DNA of 64,000 nucleotides from an uncultured bacterium (lineage in GTDB: Bacteria; Fidelibacterota; Marinisomatia; Marinisomatales; CAZVFT01), in assembly GCA_964626495.1 (NCBI GenBank), contig CAZVFT010000002.1:97-64096 (forward strand), in the 5' to 3' direction. A model generated the notes under the pieces. It saw only the letters and a program-made list of their open reading frames with translations, was not told the origin of the DNA and made no database searches. A program made the translations under genes and the position numbers. This document shows positions 38,100-49,926 of this stretch, piece after piece. The stretch's first letter is position 1, and every line of letters begins with the position of its first letter.

Positions 38100-38636
38100 C
38101 TAACCTCCCACCGTCTTCCCTTTCTTGATTTTGACATATTCATCCTTATACCGAATCCCTTTTCCCTTGTAAGACTCCGGTGGTCTAAACATCCTAATTT
38201 TCGCTGCTACTTGACCCACCAGATGTTTGTCAATACCTGAAATAGAAATCGCATTTCTCTTGGCTTTAATTTCAATTTCGTCAGGTGGTTCAAAATAGAT
38301 ATCGTGAGAAAAACCTAAGGCAAGTTTCAACATTTTGCCCTCAACATTTACAGAATAACCCATACCTCTAATTTCCAGTTCTTTGGTGAATCCCTCGGAT
38401 ACACCTTGTACCATATTTGCTAAAATGGCACGTGATGTCCCATGAAGTGATCTGTGCAATTTTGTATCAGAAGGTCTGGTAACAACAAGCTGATTATTTT
38501 CCTGAATAAAAGATATATCAGGATGAAATGAATATTGAAGTGTACCCTTTGGACCTGAACAGGTCACTTGATTACCATCAATTTTAACCTGCACTTTGTC
38601 AGGAATCGCAATGGGTTTTTTTCCTATTCTCGACAT
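38100..38636 (-). CDS. rplF: 50S ribosomal protein L6
   Basis: MSRIGKKPIAIPDKV ... YKGKGIRY. Confidence 0.95.
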   Translation of the reverse strand: MSRIGKKPIAIPDKVQVKIDGNQVTCSGPKGTLQYSFHPDISFIQENNQLVVTRPSDTKLHRSLHGTSRAILANMVQGVSEGFTKELEIRGMGYSVNVEGKMLKLALGFSHDIYFEPPDEIEIKAKRNAISISGIDKHLVGQVAAKIRMFRPPESYKGKGIRYKDEYVKIKKGKTVGG

Positions 38637-38642
38637 AACATA

Positions 38643-39041
38643 TTACCAAATATTACAAATAATTTCACCACCGACATTTAACTTCCGAGCTACTTTGTCT
38701 GAAATAACCCCTTTAGATGTTGTCAATATCGCAATTCCCATCCCGTTTAGAACTTTGGGGATATTTCCAGTTTTTGCATAAACTCGCCTTCCAGGTTTAC
38801 TTACCCTGTCAATCTGGGAAATAACAGGATCATCGTTATGGTCATATTTCAGAAATATCCTGATCATATCTTGGGGCATCCGTTTAATGATAATAAAATC
38901 CTTGATGTAATGCTCCTCTCGCAGAATATAAACAATTCGTTTCTTTACAGTCGATGCAGGAACATCAACCCACCGATTTCTCTCCTTTTGGGCGTTTCTG
39001 ATTCTTGTTAAAAGATCAGCAATTGGATCTGTCATTGTCAA
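38643..39041 (-). CDS. rpsH: 30S ribosomal protein S8
   Basis: DPIADLLTRIRNA ... GGEIICNIW. Confidence 0.95.
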   Translation of the reverse strand: MTMTDPIADLLTRIRNAQKERNRWVDVPASTVKKRIVYILREEHYIKDFIIIKRMPQDMIRIFLKYDHNDDPVISQIDRVSKPGRRVYAKTGNIPKVLNGMGIAILTTSKGVISDKVARKLNVGGEIICNIW

Positions 39042-39057
39042 AATTTAACCCTCCTGT

Positions 39058-39243
39058 TTACCAACTTGCCTTCGTAACACCTGGAATCTCTCCCCTAAGA
39101 GCAAGTTCACGAAAACATAATCTACAAAGACCAAATTTTCTCATATAACTTCTTGGACGCCCACATCTCGAACAACGATGATATCTTCTCGTATTAAACT
39201 TTGGTGAACGTTGTGCTTTTACAATCAGCGATTTTTTTGCCAT
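39058..39243 (-). CDS. rpsN: 30S ribosomal protein S14, short zinc-binding (type Z) form
   Basis: 61 aa; [20 protein letters not shown]. Confidence 0.95.
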   Translation of the reverse strand: MAKKSLIVKAQRSPKFNTRRYHRCSRCGRPRSYMRKFGLCRLCFRELALRGEIPGVTKASW

Positions 39244-40094
39244 CAGGAACCCTCTTCTAGTTGTTTCCCAATTCCCTTTTTCTTAAAACGATCTGTTTGT
39301 CTGAACGGAAAACCTAATGTACTTAACAATTCATAACCGATTTCATCATCGTCAGTGGAGGTTACTATGTTTATCTCTAATCCCCGGATTTTATCAATTT
39401 TATCGTAATCGATTTCGGTGAAAACGATCTGTTCTTCTAACCCAAAATTAAAGTTTCCCCTTCCATCAAACTTCTTTACTGATAGACCATTAAAGTCACG
39501 AACACGGGGAATAGCAATATTTATAAGTCTTTCAAGAAATTCATACATTTTCCATTGACGTAAAGTCACCCGGCAACCTACAGGATCACCTTTACGAATT
39601 TTAAAATTTGAAATTGCTTTCTTCGCATTAGTTACAACTGCTCGCTGTCCTGAGATCGTTGTCAGATCATCTAATGCATGTTCCAACGAGCTGGGTTCAT
39701 CCTTTGCCCGACCTAATCCAATATTCATTGATATTTTCTCGATTTGCGGTACTTGGAGAGCATTTTTGTATCCAAATTTTTCAATCATAAGAGGAATAAC
39801 CACCTCTTGATATCTTTTAAGTAAATTTGGTTTATATTTATCACCACCTGCTTTTTTTATAATGTCAGCCTTTGGGGCAGTTTTCTTCTTATCCGTTGGT
39901 TTAACCTTTGCAGGAGGTCTTTTCTTACTGGAAGATGTACTTTTCTTTACCGTCTTCTTAACAGCCGCCTTCTTTGTAGCAGAAGCTTTAGCTTTAGCTG
40001 TACTTTTCTTAGGAGTGGTAACTTCAGTTTTTTTACCAGAAGATTTTTTCACCTGCTCACCTTCAGCTTTTTTTTCTACCTTCTCTCCAGTCAA
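39243..40094 (-). CDS. rplE: 50S ribosomal protein L5 with roughly 95-aa Lys/Ala/Thr-rich N-terminal extension
   Basis: 283-aa ORF; canonical L5 begins near [15 protein letters not shown]; the extension fills the whole rplX-rplE spacer with no internal canonical start. Confidence 0.9.
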   Translation of the reverse strand: MTGEKVEKKAEGEQVKKSSGKKTEVTTPKKSTAKAKASATKKAAVKKTVKKSTSSSKKRPPAKVKPTDKKKTAPKADIIKKAGGDKYKPNLLKRYQEVVIPLMIEKFGYKNALQVPQIEKISMNIGLGRAKDEPSSLEHALDDLTTISGQRAVVTNAKKAISNFKIRKGDPVGCRVTLRQWKMYEFLERLINIAIPRVRDFNGLSVKKFDGRGNFNFGLEEQIVFTEIDYDKIDKIRGLEINIVTSTDDDEIGYELLSTLGFPFRQTDRFKKKGIGKQLEEGS

Positions 40095-40105
40095 AATTCT
40101 TCTCC

Positions 40106-40414
40106 CTATGAATCGATGTCCTCACCTGTTTTTCGTGACACCCTAATCTTTCTTCCAGTACCGAGAAATCTATGCCCAATACGTGACCTCTTACCCCCAA
40201 AGGTTACCATAACATTGGATATATGAATGGGAGCTTCCTTTTCAATGATACCTCCCTGAGGGTTTTGTTGGCTTGGTCTCGAGTGTTTCTTAACAAAATT
40301 CACACCTTCCACAATCACACGGTTTGTTTTGGGAAAAACGTAAAGAATCTTCCCCGTTTTTCCTTGGTCATTTCCTGAAATAACTGTGACCGTATCGCCT
40401 TTTTTAATGTGCAT
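40106..40414 (-). CDS. rplX: 50S ribosomal protein L24
   Basis: [26 protein letters not shown] motif. Confidence 0.95.
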   Translation of the reverse strand: MHIKKGDTVTVISGNDQGKTGKILYVFPKTNRVIVEGVNFVKKHSRPSQQNPQGGIIEKEAPIHISNVMVTFGGKRSRIGHRFLGTGRKIRVSRKTGEDIDS

Positions 40415-40415
40415 C

Positions 40416-40784
40416 TTAGATTACCTCCGGAGCCATAGAGACAATTTTCATATACCCTTTTTCACGAAGCTCCCTTGATACTGGTCCAAAAATTCGAGTT
40501 CCTATTGGTTCACCTGCATTTGAAAGAAGAACAGCAGCATTATCATCAAAGCGGACATAGGATCCATCTTTACGTCTGACTTCTTTCTTTGTCCGAACTA
40601 CCACAGCTCTTGATTTATCTCCTTTCTTTACCATACCTTCAGGAAGGGCTTTTTTAACGGTAACAACAATAACATCCCCCACGCTGGCGTACCGTCGGCG
40701 GGTCCCACCCAGTATTTTGAAACAGAGAACTTCTCGAGCCCCAGTATTATCGGCAACCTTTAATCTTGTCTCTGATTGAATCAT
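40416..40784 (-). CDS. rplN: 50S ribosomal protein L14
   Basis: [19 protein letters not shown]. Confidence 0.96.
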   Translation of the reverse strand: MIQSETRLKVADNTGAREVLCFKILGGTRRRYASVGDVIVVTVKKALPEGMVKKGDKSRAVVVRTKKEVRRKDGSYVRFDDNAAVLLSNAGEPIGTRIFGPVSRELREKGYMKIVSMAPEVI

Positions 40785-40809
40785 TATAACCTCTCAAACC
40801 TCTCTATCC

Positions 40810-41073
40810 TCAAATACCTTTTGACTTTTCAATAATTTTCGTTACCCGCCATCGTTTTAGCTTACTCAGCGGTCTAGAGGAAATAATTCTTACTTTGTCG
40901 CCTATTGAACACTCGTTCTTCTCGTCGTGAGCATAATACTTCTTTTTTCTAGTAATATATTTTTTGTAAATCGGATGTTGAACCCGCCGTTCAACCGAAA
41001 CAACAACGGTCTTATCCATTCTATCACTTACTACTGCACCCATCATCGTTTGTCTTTTACCTCGATTCTTCAT
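40810..41073 (-). CDS. rpsQ: 30S ribosomal protein S17
   Basis: [28 protein letters not shown]. Confidence 0.95.
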   Translation of the reverse strand: MKNRGKRQTMMGAVVSDRMDKTVVVSVERRVQHPIYKKYITRKKKYYAHDEKNECSIGDKVRIISSRPLSKLKRWRVTKIIEKSKGI

Positions 41074-41076
41074 TGG

Positions 41077-41292
41077 TCATTCCTTAAATCGTTTCTCTCT
41101 GATTCCCAATTCATATTCTTTTAATAACGTTTTAACCTGTGCGATTTCCCGACGAAGATAACGAATTCTCAACGGATTCTCTAATTGTTGAAGTGCTTTT
41201 TGAAACCTCAAATTTTCGAGTTCTTCCAAATCGTCCTCGAGTCTTGTTTGAAGTTCAGCTACAGTTATTTCTTTTATTTCTTCTTTCTTCAT
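41077..41292 (-). CDS. rpmC: 50S ribosomal protein L29
   Basis: 71-aa helical ORF; LEELENLRFQKALQQLENP. Confidence 0.92.
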   Translation of the reverse strand: MKKEEIKEITVAELQTRLEDDLEELENLRFQKALQQLENPLRIRYLRREIAQVKTLLKEYELGIREKRFKE

Positions 41293-41322
41293 CAGCTATA
41301 ATCCTAGTCATAAAACAGTCAA

Positions 41323-41742
41323 CTAAACAGTAACTTCCCGTCGTTCTGTCAGTTTAGTTTTTATGGGTAATTTAAACCCAGCAATTCGAAAAGCTTCAGC
41401 TGCCAACTCACTGTCTACTCCTTCTATTTCAAAGAGAATACGACCGGGTTTAACCACGGCTACCCAGTATTCTGGAGCACCTTTACCCTTACCCATCCGA
41501 ACTTCTGCAGGTTTTTTTGATACCGGTTTATCCGGAAAAATCCTGATCCACATCCGACCATGTTTGCGAATCTTCCTTACAATTGCGATTCGAGCTGCCT
41601 CTATCTGGCGTGCTGTTATCCAACCCGGTTCCAATGCCTTAAGACCGTAGCTACCGAAAACCACATGGCTGCCACGAGAAGCTAAACCTCTCCTTCGACC
41701 CCGTTGTTGTTTACGCCATTTTATTTTCCTTGGTTCTAACAT
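41323..41742 (-). CDS. rplP: 50S ribosomal protein L16
   Basis: [16 protein letters not shown] ... [19 protein letters not shown]. Confidence 0.96.
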   Translation of the reverse strand: MLEPRKIKWRKQQRGRRRGLASRGSHVVFGSYGLKALEPGWITARQIEAARIAIVRKIRKHGRMWIRIFPDKPVSKKPAEVRMGKGKGAPEYWVAVVKPGRILFEIEGVDSELAAEAFRIAGFKLPIKTKLTERREVTV

Positions 41743-42368
41743 CAGGTGGGTATCTCCCCATTACAAATCCATACCTTCACTCCTATAATACCGTAGGTAG
41801 TCCGTGCTTCTGTTATGGCATAATCAATATCAGATCTTAAAGTTTGCAGTGGAACACTACCTTCGTGAAAATTTTCCGATCTTGCAATCTCAGCACCACC
41901 TAATCTACCAGCTACCCTAACTCGAATACCATCTGCTCCCATTCTCATTGTTGCTTGAATTGCCTTCTTCACTGCCCTTCGATAAGATATTTTCTTGATG
42001 ATCTGTTGAGCAATACTCACTCCAACCAGACGAGCATCTAATTCCGGTCTTTTAACCTCCGATATATTTACCTGTACGTCAGTGTTAGAAAGACGTTTAA
42101 ATTCCTCTCGCAGACGATCCACCTCTTCCCCACCTTTCCCGATGACGATACCTGGACGTGATGTGTTAATCGTTACAATGATTTTCTTAGACGTACGATT
42201 AATAACAACTTTTGAAATTCCCGCATTGGGTAAACGACGTTCAATATACTGTCTTAGAGTTATATCTCCAGCAATGTAGGTAGGAAAATCTTTTCCACCA
42301 TACCAGTTAGAAGACCAAGGTTTATTAATCCCTAATCTGAACCCTGTTGGATGTGTTTTTTGTCCCAC
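41742..42368 (-). CDS. rpsC: 30S ribosomal protein S3
   Basis: [13 protein letters not shown]; KH domain; 208 aa. Confidence 0.96.
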   Translation of the reverse strand: MGQKTHPTGFRLGINKPWSSNWYGGKDFPTYIAGDITLRQYIERRLPNAGISKVVINRTSKKIIVTINTSRPGIVIGKGGEEVDRLREEFKRLSNTDVQVNISEVKRPELDARLVGVSIAQQIIKKISYRRAVKKAIQATMRMGADGIRVRVAGRLGGAEIARSENFHEGSVPLQTLRSDIDYAITEARTTYGIIGVKVWICNGEIPT

Positions 42369-42377
42369 GTTAAATCC

Positions 42378-42722
42378 TTATTTTCTATCACTTAAAACTA
42401 TTGTTAAATGACTCATTCTTCTCCGAATTCTGGATGCTCTACCCATTGCAGCAGGTCGAAAACGTTTCATTGTAGGTCCCTCATTTACGAAAGCTTCTTT
42501 GATAATTAAACTTTCTGGATCGGCATTTTTCCCCTCATCAGTCTGAAGAAAATTAGCAATGGCTGATCGGATAGTCTTTTCAATAACGTCAGAGGCTTTC
42601 AATGGAGAAAAGTGTAAAAGATTCAAAGCTGTTCCAACATTTTTTTCTGAAACCATATCCAAAACTCTACGGATTTTCCGGACAGATTGACGGATATACT
42701 TAGTTTGTGCTCTGGATTCCAT
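42378..42722 (-). CDS. rplV: 50S ribosomal protein L22
   Basis: S10-operon position; RPAAMGRASRIRRRMSHLTIVL. Confidence 0.94.
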   Translation of the reverse strand: MESRAQTKYIRQSVRKIRRVLDMVSEKNVGTALNLLHFSPLKASDVIEKTIRSAIANFLQTDEGKNADPESLIIKEAFVNEGPTMKRFRPAAMGRASRIRRRMSHLTIVLSDRK

Positions 42723-42724
42723 CG

Positions 42725-43000
42725 TTATTTCTGCTTTTTTCTATCACCTGAATGGATTCGAAACGTTCTGGTAGGTGAAAATTCTCCAAGTCTATGTCCA
42801 ACCATATTCTCAGTTATAAACACTGGAATGAACTGCTTCCCATTATGAACTGCAAAGGTAAATCCCACAAAATCAGGAGTAATAATGCTTTGCCGTGACC
42901 AGGTTCTTATAACCTTTTTCTTTTTTTCCTTCTTCATTGCTTCAATTTTTTTCAACAGTTTGGGATCAATATACGGACCTTTTTTCACCGATCGAGACAT
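42725..43000 (-). CDS. rpsS: 30S ribosomal protein S19
   Basis: [12 protein letters not shown] ... [13 protein letters not shown]. Confidence 0.96.
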   Translation of the reverse strand: MSRSVKKGPYIDPKLLKKIEAMKKEKKKKVIRTWSRQSIITPDFVGFTFAVHNGKQFIPVFITENMVGHRLGEFSPTRTFRIHSGDRKKQK

Positions 43001-43003
43001 ACG

Positions 43004-43828
43004 TTATTTTCTCCTTTTCACAATGAATTTATCCGATTGCTTGTTCTTTTTGCGAGTCTTGTACCCTTTAGTCGGTTTTCCCCATGGGGTTGTCGGATGA
43101 CGACCTCCTGAGGATTTCCCTTCACCTCCGCCAAGTGGATGATCAACTGGATTCATAGCCACTCCACGTACTTTAGGTCTCCGACCTAACCAGCGACTTC
43201 GACCAGCTTTTCCGAGATTGAGAGCTTCATGACTTTTGTTACCAACATCTCCAATCGTAGCACGACAATCCTCATGGAACAACCGAATTTCACCAGATGG
43301 AAGTTTTAAACTCACCATACCGCCATCTTTTGCCATAACCTGTGCTCCCGTTCCTGCACTACGTATTAGCTGACCACCCTTCCCAACTGACAATTCAACA
43401 TTATGAACAGACAAACCAGAGGGAATATTTTTTAATGGTAAATTGTTTCCAATTTTTATTGGCACCTTTTTCCCTGATATAACTTTATCACCTACCTTTA
43501 ATCCGTATGGTGCAAGAATATAACGCTTCTCTCCATCAGCGTAAAAAAGTAATGCGATTCGAGCAGATCGGTTTGGATCATACTCAATGGCAGCTACTTT
43601 TGCCGGAATATCAAATTTGTCCCGCTTAAAATCTATGACACGATACTTCCTCTTATGACCTCCACCTCGATGACGAATGGTAATTCGACCCTGCTTATTC
43701 CTTCCACCTGTTTTCTTAAGAGAACGTAATAGACTCTTCTCTGGTTTTGTTCGAGTCACTTCCTCAAAAGTAGAGACGGACATAAACCTTTGCCCTGGGG
43801 TTGTCGGTTTTTTAATTTTTATTGGCAT
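43004..43828 (-). CDS. rplB: 50S ribosomal protein L2
   Basis: [19 protein letters not shown] ... [14 protein letters not shown]. Confidence 0.97.
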   Translation of the reverse strand: MPIKIKKPTTPGQRFMSVSTFEEVTRTKPEKSLLRSLKKTGGRNKQGRITIRHRGGGHKRKYRVIDFKRDKFDIPAKVAAIEYDPNRSARIALLFYADGEKRYILAPYGLKVGDKVISGKKVPIKIGNNLPLKNIPSGLSVHNVELSVGKGGQLIRSAGTGAQVMAKDGGMVSLKLPSGEIRLFHEDCRATIGDVGNKSHEALNLGKAGRSRWLGRRPKVRGVAMNPVDHPLGGGEGKSSGGRHPTTPWGKPTKGYKTRKKNKQSDKFIVKRRK

Positions 43829-43831
43829 AAC

Positions 43832-44155
43832 TTAACTCGTCACCTCTGCTCCAAATAAATCAATGGAAAAACCTGGTTCTAATGTCACAATCGCTTTTTT
43901 CCAATCAGCTCTCTTTCCCACTGTCCGGATGGGACGTCCACCACTTCGGATGGTGAGTTCCTTTCTTTTACCTTTCATATTTATTGTGCTTACTTTCGTA
44001 ACCTTTACGTCAAACTTTCTCTCAACTGCTCCTTTAATCTCGATTTTATTCGCCTTTGGATCTACCTGAAATGCATATTTCCTCTGCGATTCCTCAAGAC
44101 GGTGCATTTTTTCCGTTGTAATTGGACGGACAAGAATAATTCTATCTTTTACCAT
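43832..44155 (-). CDS. rplW: 50S ribosomal protein L23
   Basis: S10-operon position; RPITTEKM...YAFQVDPKANKIEIK. Confidence 0.93.
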   Translation of the reverse strand: MVKDRIILVRPITTEKMHRLEESQRKYAFQVDPKANKIEIKGAVERKFDVKVTKVSTINMKGKRKELTIRSGGRPIRTVGKRADWKKAIVTLEPGFSIDLFGAEVTS

Positions 44156-44156
44156 T

Positions 44157-44789
44157 TCAGTTTATTACTAATTGTTTATTCAACTGCTTTATTCCCTCTT
44201 TATCAAAAAGTAGAATATCACAATCAATCATATTATAGGTCGATAAATGCACAGCAGGTATAACTGTTACATTAGGGAGATTTCGAGCTGAAAGACGCAG
44301 ATTCTTATTCAATTCTGCTGGACAAAATGTAACCTTTTTATCAGCAATATTGAGATTCCTCAAAACTTCTCTGAACAACTTTGTACTGACTTTGGTTAAT
44401 TCAAGTTTATCCATAACGTAAATTTCTTTATCCACTATCTTTTGAGAGAGAACACTCCGTCTGGCAAGTTGCTTCATTTTCTTTGGCAATTTATAGTGGT
44501 AATCATGCGGTTTCGGACCAAAAGTAACACCACCTCCCCTCCACAATGGTGAACGGATTGTTCCAGCTCTTGCTACTCCTCTTCCCTTTTGTCTCCACGG
44601 CTTCCGACCACCACCACGAACTTCTGAACGTGTCTTGGTGGAATGACTCCCCTGTCGTGAATTAACCCTTTCTGCAAGAATTGCCCTATGGACTACATCT
44701 TCATTAGGCTCAATCTTGAAGACCGAATTATCAACCTTTATTCTTGAGATTTCCTCTCCTTGTGTATTATGTACTTTTATTTGCATCAC
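44157..44789 (-). CDS. rplD: 50S ribosomal protein L4
   Basis: GGGRKPWRQKGRGVARAGTIRSPLWRGGG. Confidence 0.96.
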   Translation of the reverse strand: MMQIKVHNTQGEEISRIKVDNSVFKIEPNEDVVHRAILAERVNSRQGSHSTKTRSEVRGGGRKPWRQKGRGVARAGTIRSPLWRGGGVTFGPKPHDYHYKLPKKMKQLARRSVLSQKIVDKEIYVMDKLELTKVSTKLFREVLRNLNIADKKVTFCPAELNKNLRLSARNLPNVTVIPAVHLSTYNMIDCDILLFDKEGIKQLNKQLVIN

Positions 44790-44798
44790 AAAAGTGTT

Positions 44799-45419
44799 CT
44801 ATGATTTTGTTACAACAACAATTCCATTTCTTGGTCCAGGTATAGGACCCTTTATATAGAGGTGGTGTGTATCTTTATCCACACTAACGACTTTGAGATT
44901 TTTTATCAGGACTTTTTTATTCCCCATATGACCGGGCATTTTCATCCCAGGCCAAACACGAGATGGATCCGATGACTGACCAATGGATCCCCCTGCCCTT
45001 AACTGATCAGATTTACCATGGCTTTTAGGACCACCATGAAACCCGTATCGCTTAACCACTCCTGCAAATCCTTTACCCTTTGAATAACCACTAATATTAA
45101 CTACATCTCCTTCTTTGAATATGTCTACATCAATCACTTGTCCAATTTTGATTTTCTGATCTTTTCTCAATGGGAATTCCATTAAATAATTTTTTGGTTC
45201 AACCTTAGCTTTTTTGAAATGTCCCATCATTGGATTATTCGTTTTCTTTTGTTCCTTGTTACTATATCCAACTTGAATTGCTCTGTATCCGTCATTATTT
45301 TTTGTTTTAATCTGAACAACAACGCAAGGTCCAGCTTGAATAACAGAAACAGGAATGTTTTCACCATCGGAATCAAAGAGACGAGACATTCCTACCTTTT
45401 TACCGATTAATCCATTCAT
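44799..45419 (-). CDS. rplC: 50S ribosomal protein L3
   Basis: GLIGKKVGMSRLF ... KGFAGVVKRYGF.GGP.SHG. Confidence 0.96.
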   Translation of the reverse strand: MNGLIGKKVGMSRLFDSDGENIPVSVIQAGPCVVVQIKTKNNDGYRAIQVGYSNKEQKKTNNPMMGHFKKAKVEPKNYLMEFPLRKDQKIKIGQVIDVDIFKEGDVVNISGYSKGKGFAGVVKRYGFHGGPKSHGKSDQLRAGGSIGQSSDPSRVWPGMKMPGHMGNKKVLIKNLKVVSVDKDTHHLYIKGPIPGPRNGIVVVTKS

Positions 45420-45421
45420 AA

Positions 45422-45730
45422 TTATGCCTTTATCTCAATATCTACTCCAGCTGGAAGATCTACTTTCATCAGAGAATCAATGGTTTTAGGTGAAGCATTT
45501 AAAATGTCAATTAACCTTTTGTGAATTTTCGTTTGGAATTGTTCACGCGATTTTTTATTCACGTGAGGTGATCTAAGCACCGTGTACACTGTACGTTTAG
45601 TTGGTAATGGAATAGGACCTAAAATCACTGCTCCCGTAGATCGGACAGTTTTAACAATTTTGTCCATAGATTTGTCCAGAAGGTTATGATCATATGCCTT
45701 CATTTTAATCCTTATTGTTTGTCCAGCCAA
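45422..45730 (-). CDS. rpsJ: 30S ribosomal protein S10 (TTG start)
   Basis: [14 protein letters not shown]...; start TTG-GCT-GGA lies inside the tuf-flank duplicated segment. Confidence 0.95.
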   Translation of the reverse strand: MAGQTIRIKMKAYDHNLLDKSMDKIVKTVRSTGAVILGPIPLPTKRTVYTVLRSPHVNKKSREQFQTKIHKRLIDILNASPKTIDSLMKVDLPAGVDIEIKA

Positions 45731-46940
45731 TTTGATTCTCCTTACTCAAGAATACCCGTAACAACTCCAGCTCCAACAGTGTGACCACCCTCACGAATCG
45801 CAAACCTCAACTCCTGCTCCATCGCTATCGGGGTTATCAACTCTACTTTAACGTTTACATTATCCCCTGGCATCACCATCTCTACTCCCTCTGTCAAACT
45901 CACTACACCTGTCACATCCGTCGTTCGAAAATAAAACTGAGGCCGATATCCCTCAAAAAAGGGCGTGTGACGACCTCCCTCCTCCTTCTTCAATACATAT
46001 ACCTTCGCCTCAAACTTCGTGTGGGGCGTGATACTCCCTACTGCCGATATTACCTGACCTCGCTTTAAATCATCCTTATCAACTCCCCTCAACAATAAAC
46101 CAGCATTATCTCCTGCCTGTCCCTCATCCAATATCTTACGAAACATCTCTACTCCTGTCACTACCGTCTTACTCGTCTCTCCTAATCCAACTATCTCTAC
46201 CGAATCACCTACCTTTATTATTCCTCGCTCTATCCTACCCGTTCCTACCGTACCCCGGCCCGTAATACTGAATACATCCTCAACCGGCATCAAAAATGGC
46301 TTGTCTATATCTCGCTCCGGCTCCGGTATGTAACTGTCTATCGCTTCCAATAACTCCACTATACACCGTGTCAACTCCTCATCCTCCGGATTGCTCAAAG
46401 CCTCCAACGCACTACCCTGGATTATCGGTATCTCATCACCAGGAAAATTGTACTCATCCAATAACTCACGTAACTCCAACTCCACTAACTCCAGTAACTC
46501 CGGATCATCCACCTGATCCGTCTTGTTCATAAATACCACAATAGCCGGTACATTTACCTGACGGGCTAATAATACATGCTCTCGTGTCTGGGGCATTGGA
46601 CCATCTGCCGCCGATACTACCAATACAGACCCATCCATCTGTGCCGCTCCCGTTATCATATTCTTGATGTAATCTGCATGACCCGGACAATCTATATGTG
46701 CATAATGACGATTATCCGTCTCATACTCCACATGTGCCGTCTGTATCGTTAACCCTCGCTCACGCTCCTCAGGAGCACTATCAATACTATCAAACGTACG
46801 AGCCTCTGCTAAACCACGCTTGCTTAAAAATAACGTCATCGCTGCTGTCAATGTCGTCTTACCATGATCTACATGACCTATCGTCCCTATATTTAAGTGA
46901 GGTTTCGTCCTCGAAAATTTCTCCTTTGCCATTGTGCTAT
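45722..46940. repeat. 1219-bp duplicated segment (tuf plus both flanks), copy 1
   Basis: Offset of exactly 15502 nt to 61224-62442. Identical ORF translations in several frames on both strands and the spot-checked lines indicate nucleotide identity. Confidence 0.85.
45742..46932 (-). CDS. tuf: Elongation factor Tu, copy 1 (str-operon copy)
   Basis: 396 aa; [22 protein letters not shown]; protein identical to the copy at 61244-62434. Confidence 0.97.
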   Translation of the reverse strand: MAKEKFSRTKPHLNIGTIGHVDHGKTTLTAAMTLFLSKRGLAEARTFDSIDSAPEERERGLTIQTAHVEYETDNRHYAHIDCPGHADYIKNMITGAAQMDGSVLVVSAADGPMPQTREHVLLARQVNVPAIVVFMNKTDQVDDPELLELVELELRELLDEYNFPGDEIPIIQGSALEALSNPEDEELTRCIVELLEAIDSYIPEPERDIDKPFLMPVEDVFSITGRGTVGTGRIERGIIKVGDSVEIVGLGETSKTVVTGVEMFRKILDEGQAGDNAGLLLRGVDKDDLKRGQVISAVGSITPHTKFEAKVYVLKKEEGGRHTPFFEGYRPQFYFRTTDVTGVVSLTEGVEMVMPGDNVNVKVELITPIAMEQELRFAIREGGHTVGAGVVTGILE

Positions 46941-46963
46941 ACCTCCCTAATGTTGATCTTATC

Positions 46964-49054
46964 TTATACTGTTATTACCCCATGGGCTTTTTCTATAATC
47001 TTGGCTTCAATTCCAGCAGGAACATCTTGATATTCCTCAAATTCCATAGAAAACACTGCTCTTCCCTGTGTAATCGATCTCAAATCTGTAGCGTACCCAA
47101 ACATCTCGCTCAAAGGAACTTTTGAATGCAAAACAACTGCATCCTTCCGATACTCAGTTCCCCTAATCCTGCCTCGTCTGGAATTTAAATCAGCCATTAC
47201 ATCTCCAATGTACTGTTCTGATAATATCACTTCGAGCTTCATCACAGGTTCTGTCAAACTGGGCTTTGCTTTTTTACAAGCCTCCTGAATAGCCATTGAA
47301 CCAGCAAATTTAAAAGCAATTTCTGATGAATCTACTTCGTGATAGGACCCATCAATAAGCTCCACCCGAATATCCTCCAAGGGATATCCAGCTAAAACCC
47401 CGTTCTTAAGAGCTTCCTGGATTCCTTGATTAACAGCTGGAATGTAGTCCCGAGGTATAACTCCACCCACTATTTTTGACTCGAAATGATATCCTTTCCC
47501 GACCTCATTTGGTTCAATTTTTATCTTAACACATCCATATTGTCCACGTCCCCCCGATTGGCGAATAAACTTCCCTTCTGCTTCCGCAGACTTTTTTATG
47601 GTCTCCCGATAAGCAACTTGAGGTCTACCTACATTGGCTCGAATATGGAATTCCCGCATCAACCTATCCACTAAAATTTCTAAATGTAACTCCCCCATTC
47701 CAGAAATTATTGTTTGATCTGTTTCACTATCCCTTTCTACTTTAAAAGTAGGGTCCTCATCAGACAGCTTTACCAACGCTTCCGATAGAATATTCTGATC
47801 TGCCTTACTTGATGGCTCAATTGTCACAGAAATTACTGGTTTCTGAAACTCCATTGATTCGAGAATAATGGGATATTTGCGATCACACAGTGTATGCCCC
47901 GTTTTTGTATGTTTCAATCCAACAGCAGCAGCAATTTCACCAGCAGTCACTTTCTCTCTCTCCTCACGCTTGTTGGCGTGCATCAATAATATACGAGATA
48001 CTCTTTCTTTCCTACCAACCGTAGAATTGTAAATTGAATCCTTTATTTTGACTTCACCTGAATAAACACGGAAAAATGTCAATCTTCCAACATAGGGATC
48101 AGACATGATTTTAAAAGCTAAAGCACTGAAGGGTTCATCTATTGAAGATTTCCTGCTTAAAGTTATATCACTATCCTCAGGTGGAAAACCAATTATCTCT
48201 TGTTTATCCATTGGAGAGGGTAGATAATCAACTATTGCATCCAGTAATCTTTGAATACCTTTATTTTTATAAGCAGATCCACACAGTACTGGAATAAAGG
48301 CATTATCTAAACATCCTTTTCGAATAGCATTTTTAATTTCCTCTGCAGTCAAATCTTTCCCGGCGAGATATTTCTCAAAAAGCTGTTCATCGTATGCTGC
48401 AATTTCCTCCACCAACTTGTGGCGGGCTTCCTCAACTTCCTCTACCATATCATTAGGAATATCAATAAGTTCAAAATGAGAGCCGAGACTGGGTTCATAA
48501 TAAACAATTGCTTTCATAGAAATTAAATCCACAATACCCGTAAATAAATCACCTGCCCCAATAGGTAAAACAAGAAGCAAAGGTTTTGCATTCAAACGGT
48601 GTTTCATCATATGAATTACTTCATAAAAATCAGCTCCCATCCGATCCATTTTATTTACAAAAGCAACTCGTGGAACTTTATATCTGTCTGCTTGACGCCA
48701 GACTGTCTCACTTTGGGGCTCTACCCCTCCTACTGCACAAAATACTACAATCCCACCATCGAGAACTCTTAACGAGCGTTCGACTTCAGCAGTAAAGTCT
48801 ATGTGACCCGGTGTATCAATGATGTTAATCCGATGTTCATTCCAAAAAGTAGTGGTTGCTGCTGAAGTAATGGTAATACCACGTTCCCTTTCTTGATCCA
48901 TCCAATCCATTGCTGTAGAACCCTCGTGCACCTCACCCATACGATGTAAACGTCCTGTATAGAACAAAATCCGTTCTGTCGTTGTTGTCTTACCCGCATC
49001 AATATGAGCCATGATGCCAATGTTTCTTACTCTTTCTAAAGGTGACTTCTTCAT
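46964..49054 (-). CDS. fusA: Elongation factor G
   Basis: 696 aa; [25 protein letters not shown]. Confidence 0.97.
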   Translation of the reverse strand: MKKSPLERVRNIGIMAHIDAGKTTTTERILFYTGRLHRMGEVHEGSTAMDWMDQERERGITITSAATTTFWNEHRINIIDTPGHIDFTAEVERSLRVLDGGIVVFCAVGGVEPQSETVWRQADRYKVPRVAFVNKMDRMGADFYEVIHMMKHRLNAKPLLLVLPIGAGDLFTGIVDLISMKAIVYYEPSLGSHFELIDIPNDMVEEVEEARHKLVEEIAAYDEQLFEKYLAGKDLTAEEIKNAIRKGCLDNAFIPVLCGSAYKNKGIQRLLDAIVDYLPSPMDKQEIIGFPPEDSDITLSRKSSIDEPFSALAFKIMSDPYVGRLTFFRVYSGEVKIKDSIYNSTVGRKERVSRILLMHANKREEREKVTAGEIAAAVGLKHTKTGHTLCDRKYPIILESMEFQKPVISVTIEPSSKADQNILSEALVKLSDEDPTFKVERDSETDQTIISGMGELHLEILVDRLMREFHIRANVGRPQVAYRETIKKSAEAEGKFIRQSGGRGQYGCVKIKIEPNEVGKGYHFESKIVGGVIPRDYIPAVNQGIQEALKNGVLAGYPLEDIRVELIDGSYHEVDSSEIAFKFAGSMAIQEACKKAKPSLTEPVMKLEVILSEQYIGDVMADLNSRRGRIRGTEYRKDAVVLHSKVPLSEMFGYATDLRSITQGRAVFSMEFEEYQDVPAGIEAKIIEKAHGVITV

Positions 49055-49056
49055 GA

Positions 49057-49524
49057 TTATCTACCAAAGTGAGCAAATGCTTTATTTGCTTCAGCCATAC
49101 GATGTGTATCTTCCTTTTTCTTAATGGCTCCACCATCATTATTTGCAGCAGCTAATAATTCAGAAGCCAGCTTCTCAGCCATCGGTTTACCTTTTCGATT
49201 TTTTGCGTATGAAATAATCCATCGCGTCCCAAGAGCAAAAGCCCGGTGTTTTGCCACTTCAACTGGTATCTGATATGTGGCACCACCAATTCGCCTTGAT
49301 TTCACTTCTATAAGAGGTTTTACATTCTCCATAGCTTTATGAAACAATTCAAGAGGATCACTTTTCGTCTTGCCCTCAATAATTTTCATTGCACCATAGA
49401 AGATCCGTTCAGCAGTTCCCTTTTTACCCTTCTGTAATAAATTGTTTATAAATTTTTGGACCATTAAATCCCCATATACGGGATCTGGTGTAATTTGCCT
49501 TCTTTCTGCTCTACTTCTTCTCAT
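49057..49524 (-). CDS. rpsG: 30S ribosomal protein S7
   Basis: [19 protein letters not shown]. Confidence 0.96.
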   Translation of the reverse strand: MRRSRAERRQITPDPVYGDLMVQKFINNLLQKGKKGTAERIFYGAMKIIEGKTKSDPLELFHKAMENVKPLIEVKSRRIGGATYQIPVEVAKHRAFALGTRWIISYAKNRKGKPMAEKLASELLAAANNDGGAIKKKEDTHRMAEANKAFAHFGR

Positions 49525-49527
49525 AAC

Positions 49528-49899
49528 TTATCTCGGTCTTTTTGTGCCATAACGAGAACGGCTGGTTGTTCGATCAACAACTCCAGCAGTATCTAGGGTT
49601 CCACGCACGATGTGGTAACGAACTCCTGGAAGGTCTTTTACCCTTCCCCCCTCAATTAGTACGATAGAATGTTCCTGAAGGTTATGACCTTCTCCGGGGA
49701 TATAAGCAGTAACTTCCATTCCATTAGTTAGCCGAATCCTGGCTACCTTTCGTAAGGCAGAATTTGGTTTCTTCGGTGTTGTTGTGTACACCCGAGTACA
49801 TACACCCCGCTTTTGAGGATTTCCCATTAAAGCCGGGGCTGTCTTCTTCTTTATTACTTTTTTTCTTCCTTTTCGAACTAACTGATTAATAGTCGGCAT
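49528..49899 (-). CDS. rpsL: 30S ribosomal protein S12
   Basis: [12 protein letters not shown] ... [10 protein letters not shown]. Confidence 0.97.
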   Translation of the reverse strand: MPTINQLVRKGRKKVIKKKTAPALMGNPQKRGVCTRVYTTTPKKPNSALRKVARIRLTNGMEVTAYIPGEGHNLQEHSIVLIEGGRVKDLPGVRYHIVRGTLDTAGVVDRTTSRSRYGTKRPR

Positions 49900-49926
49900 T
49901 CAACTACTCCACATAAATACTTTCAT

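Noticed and set aside
45781-47030. Plus-strand ORFs of 95, 78 and 110 aa inside tuf (and their twins at 61283-62529), rich in Pro/Thr/Ser/His
   Set aside because: These are shadow ORFs antisense to a strongly conserved EF-Tu frame. They are stop-free only because the tuf coding strand is C-poor. They have no RBS or independent conservation signal.
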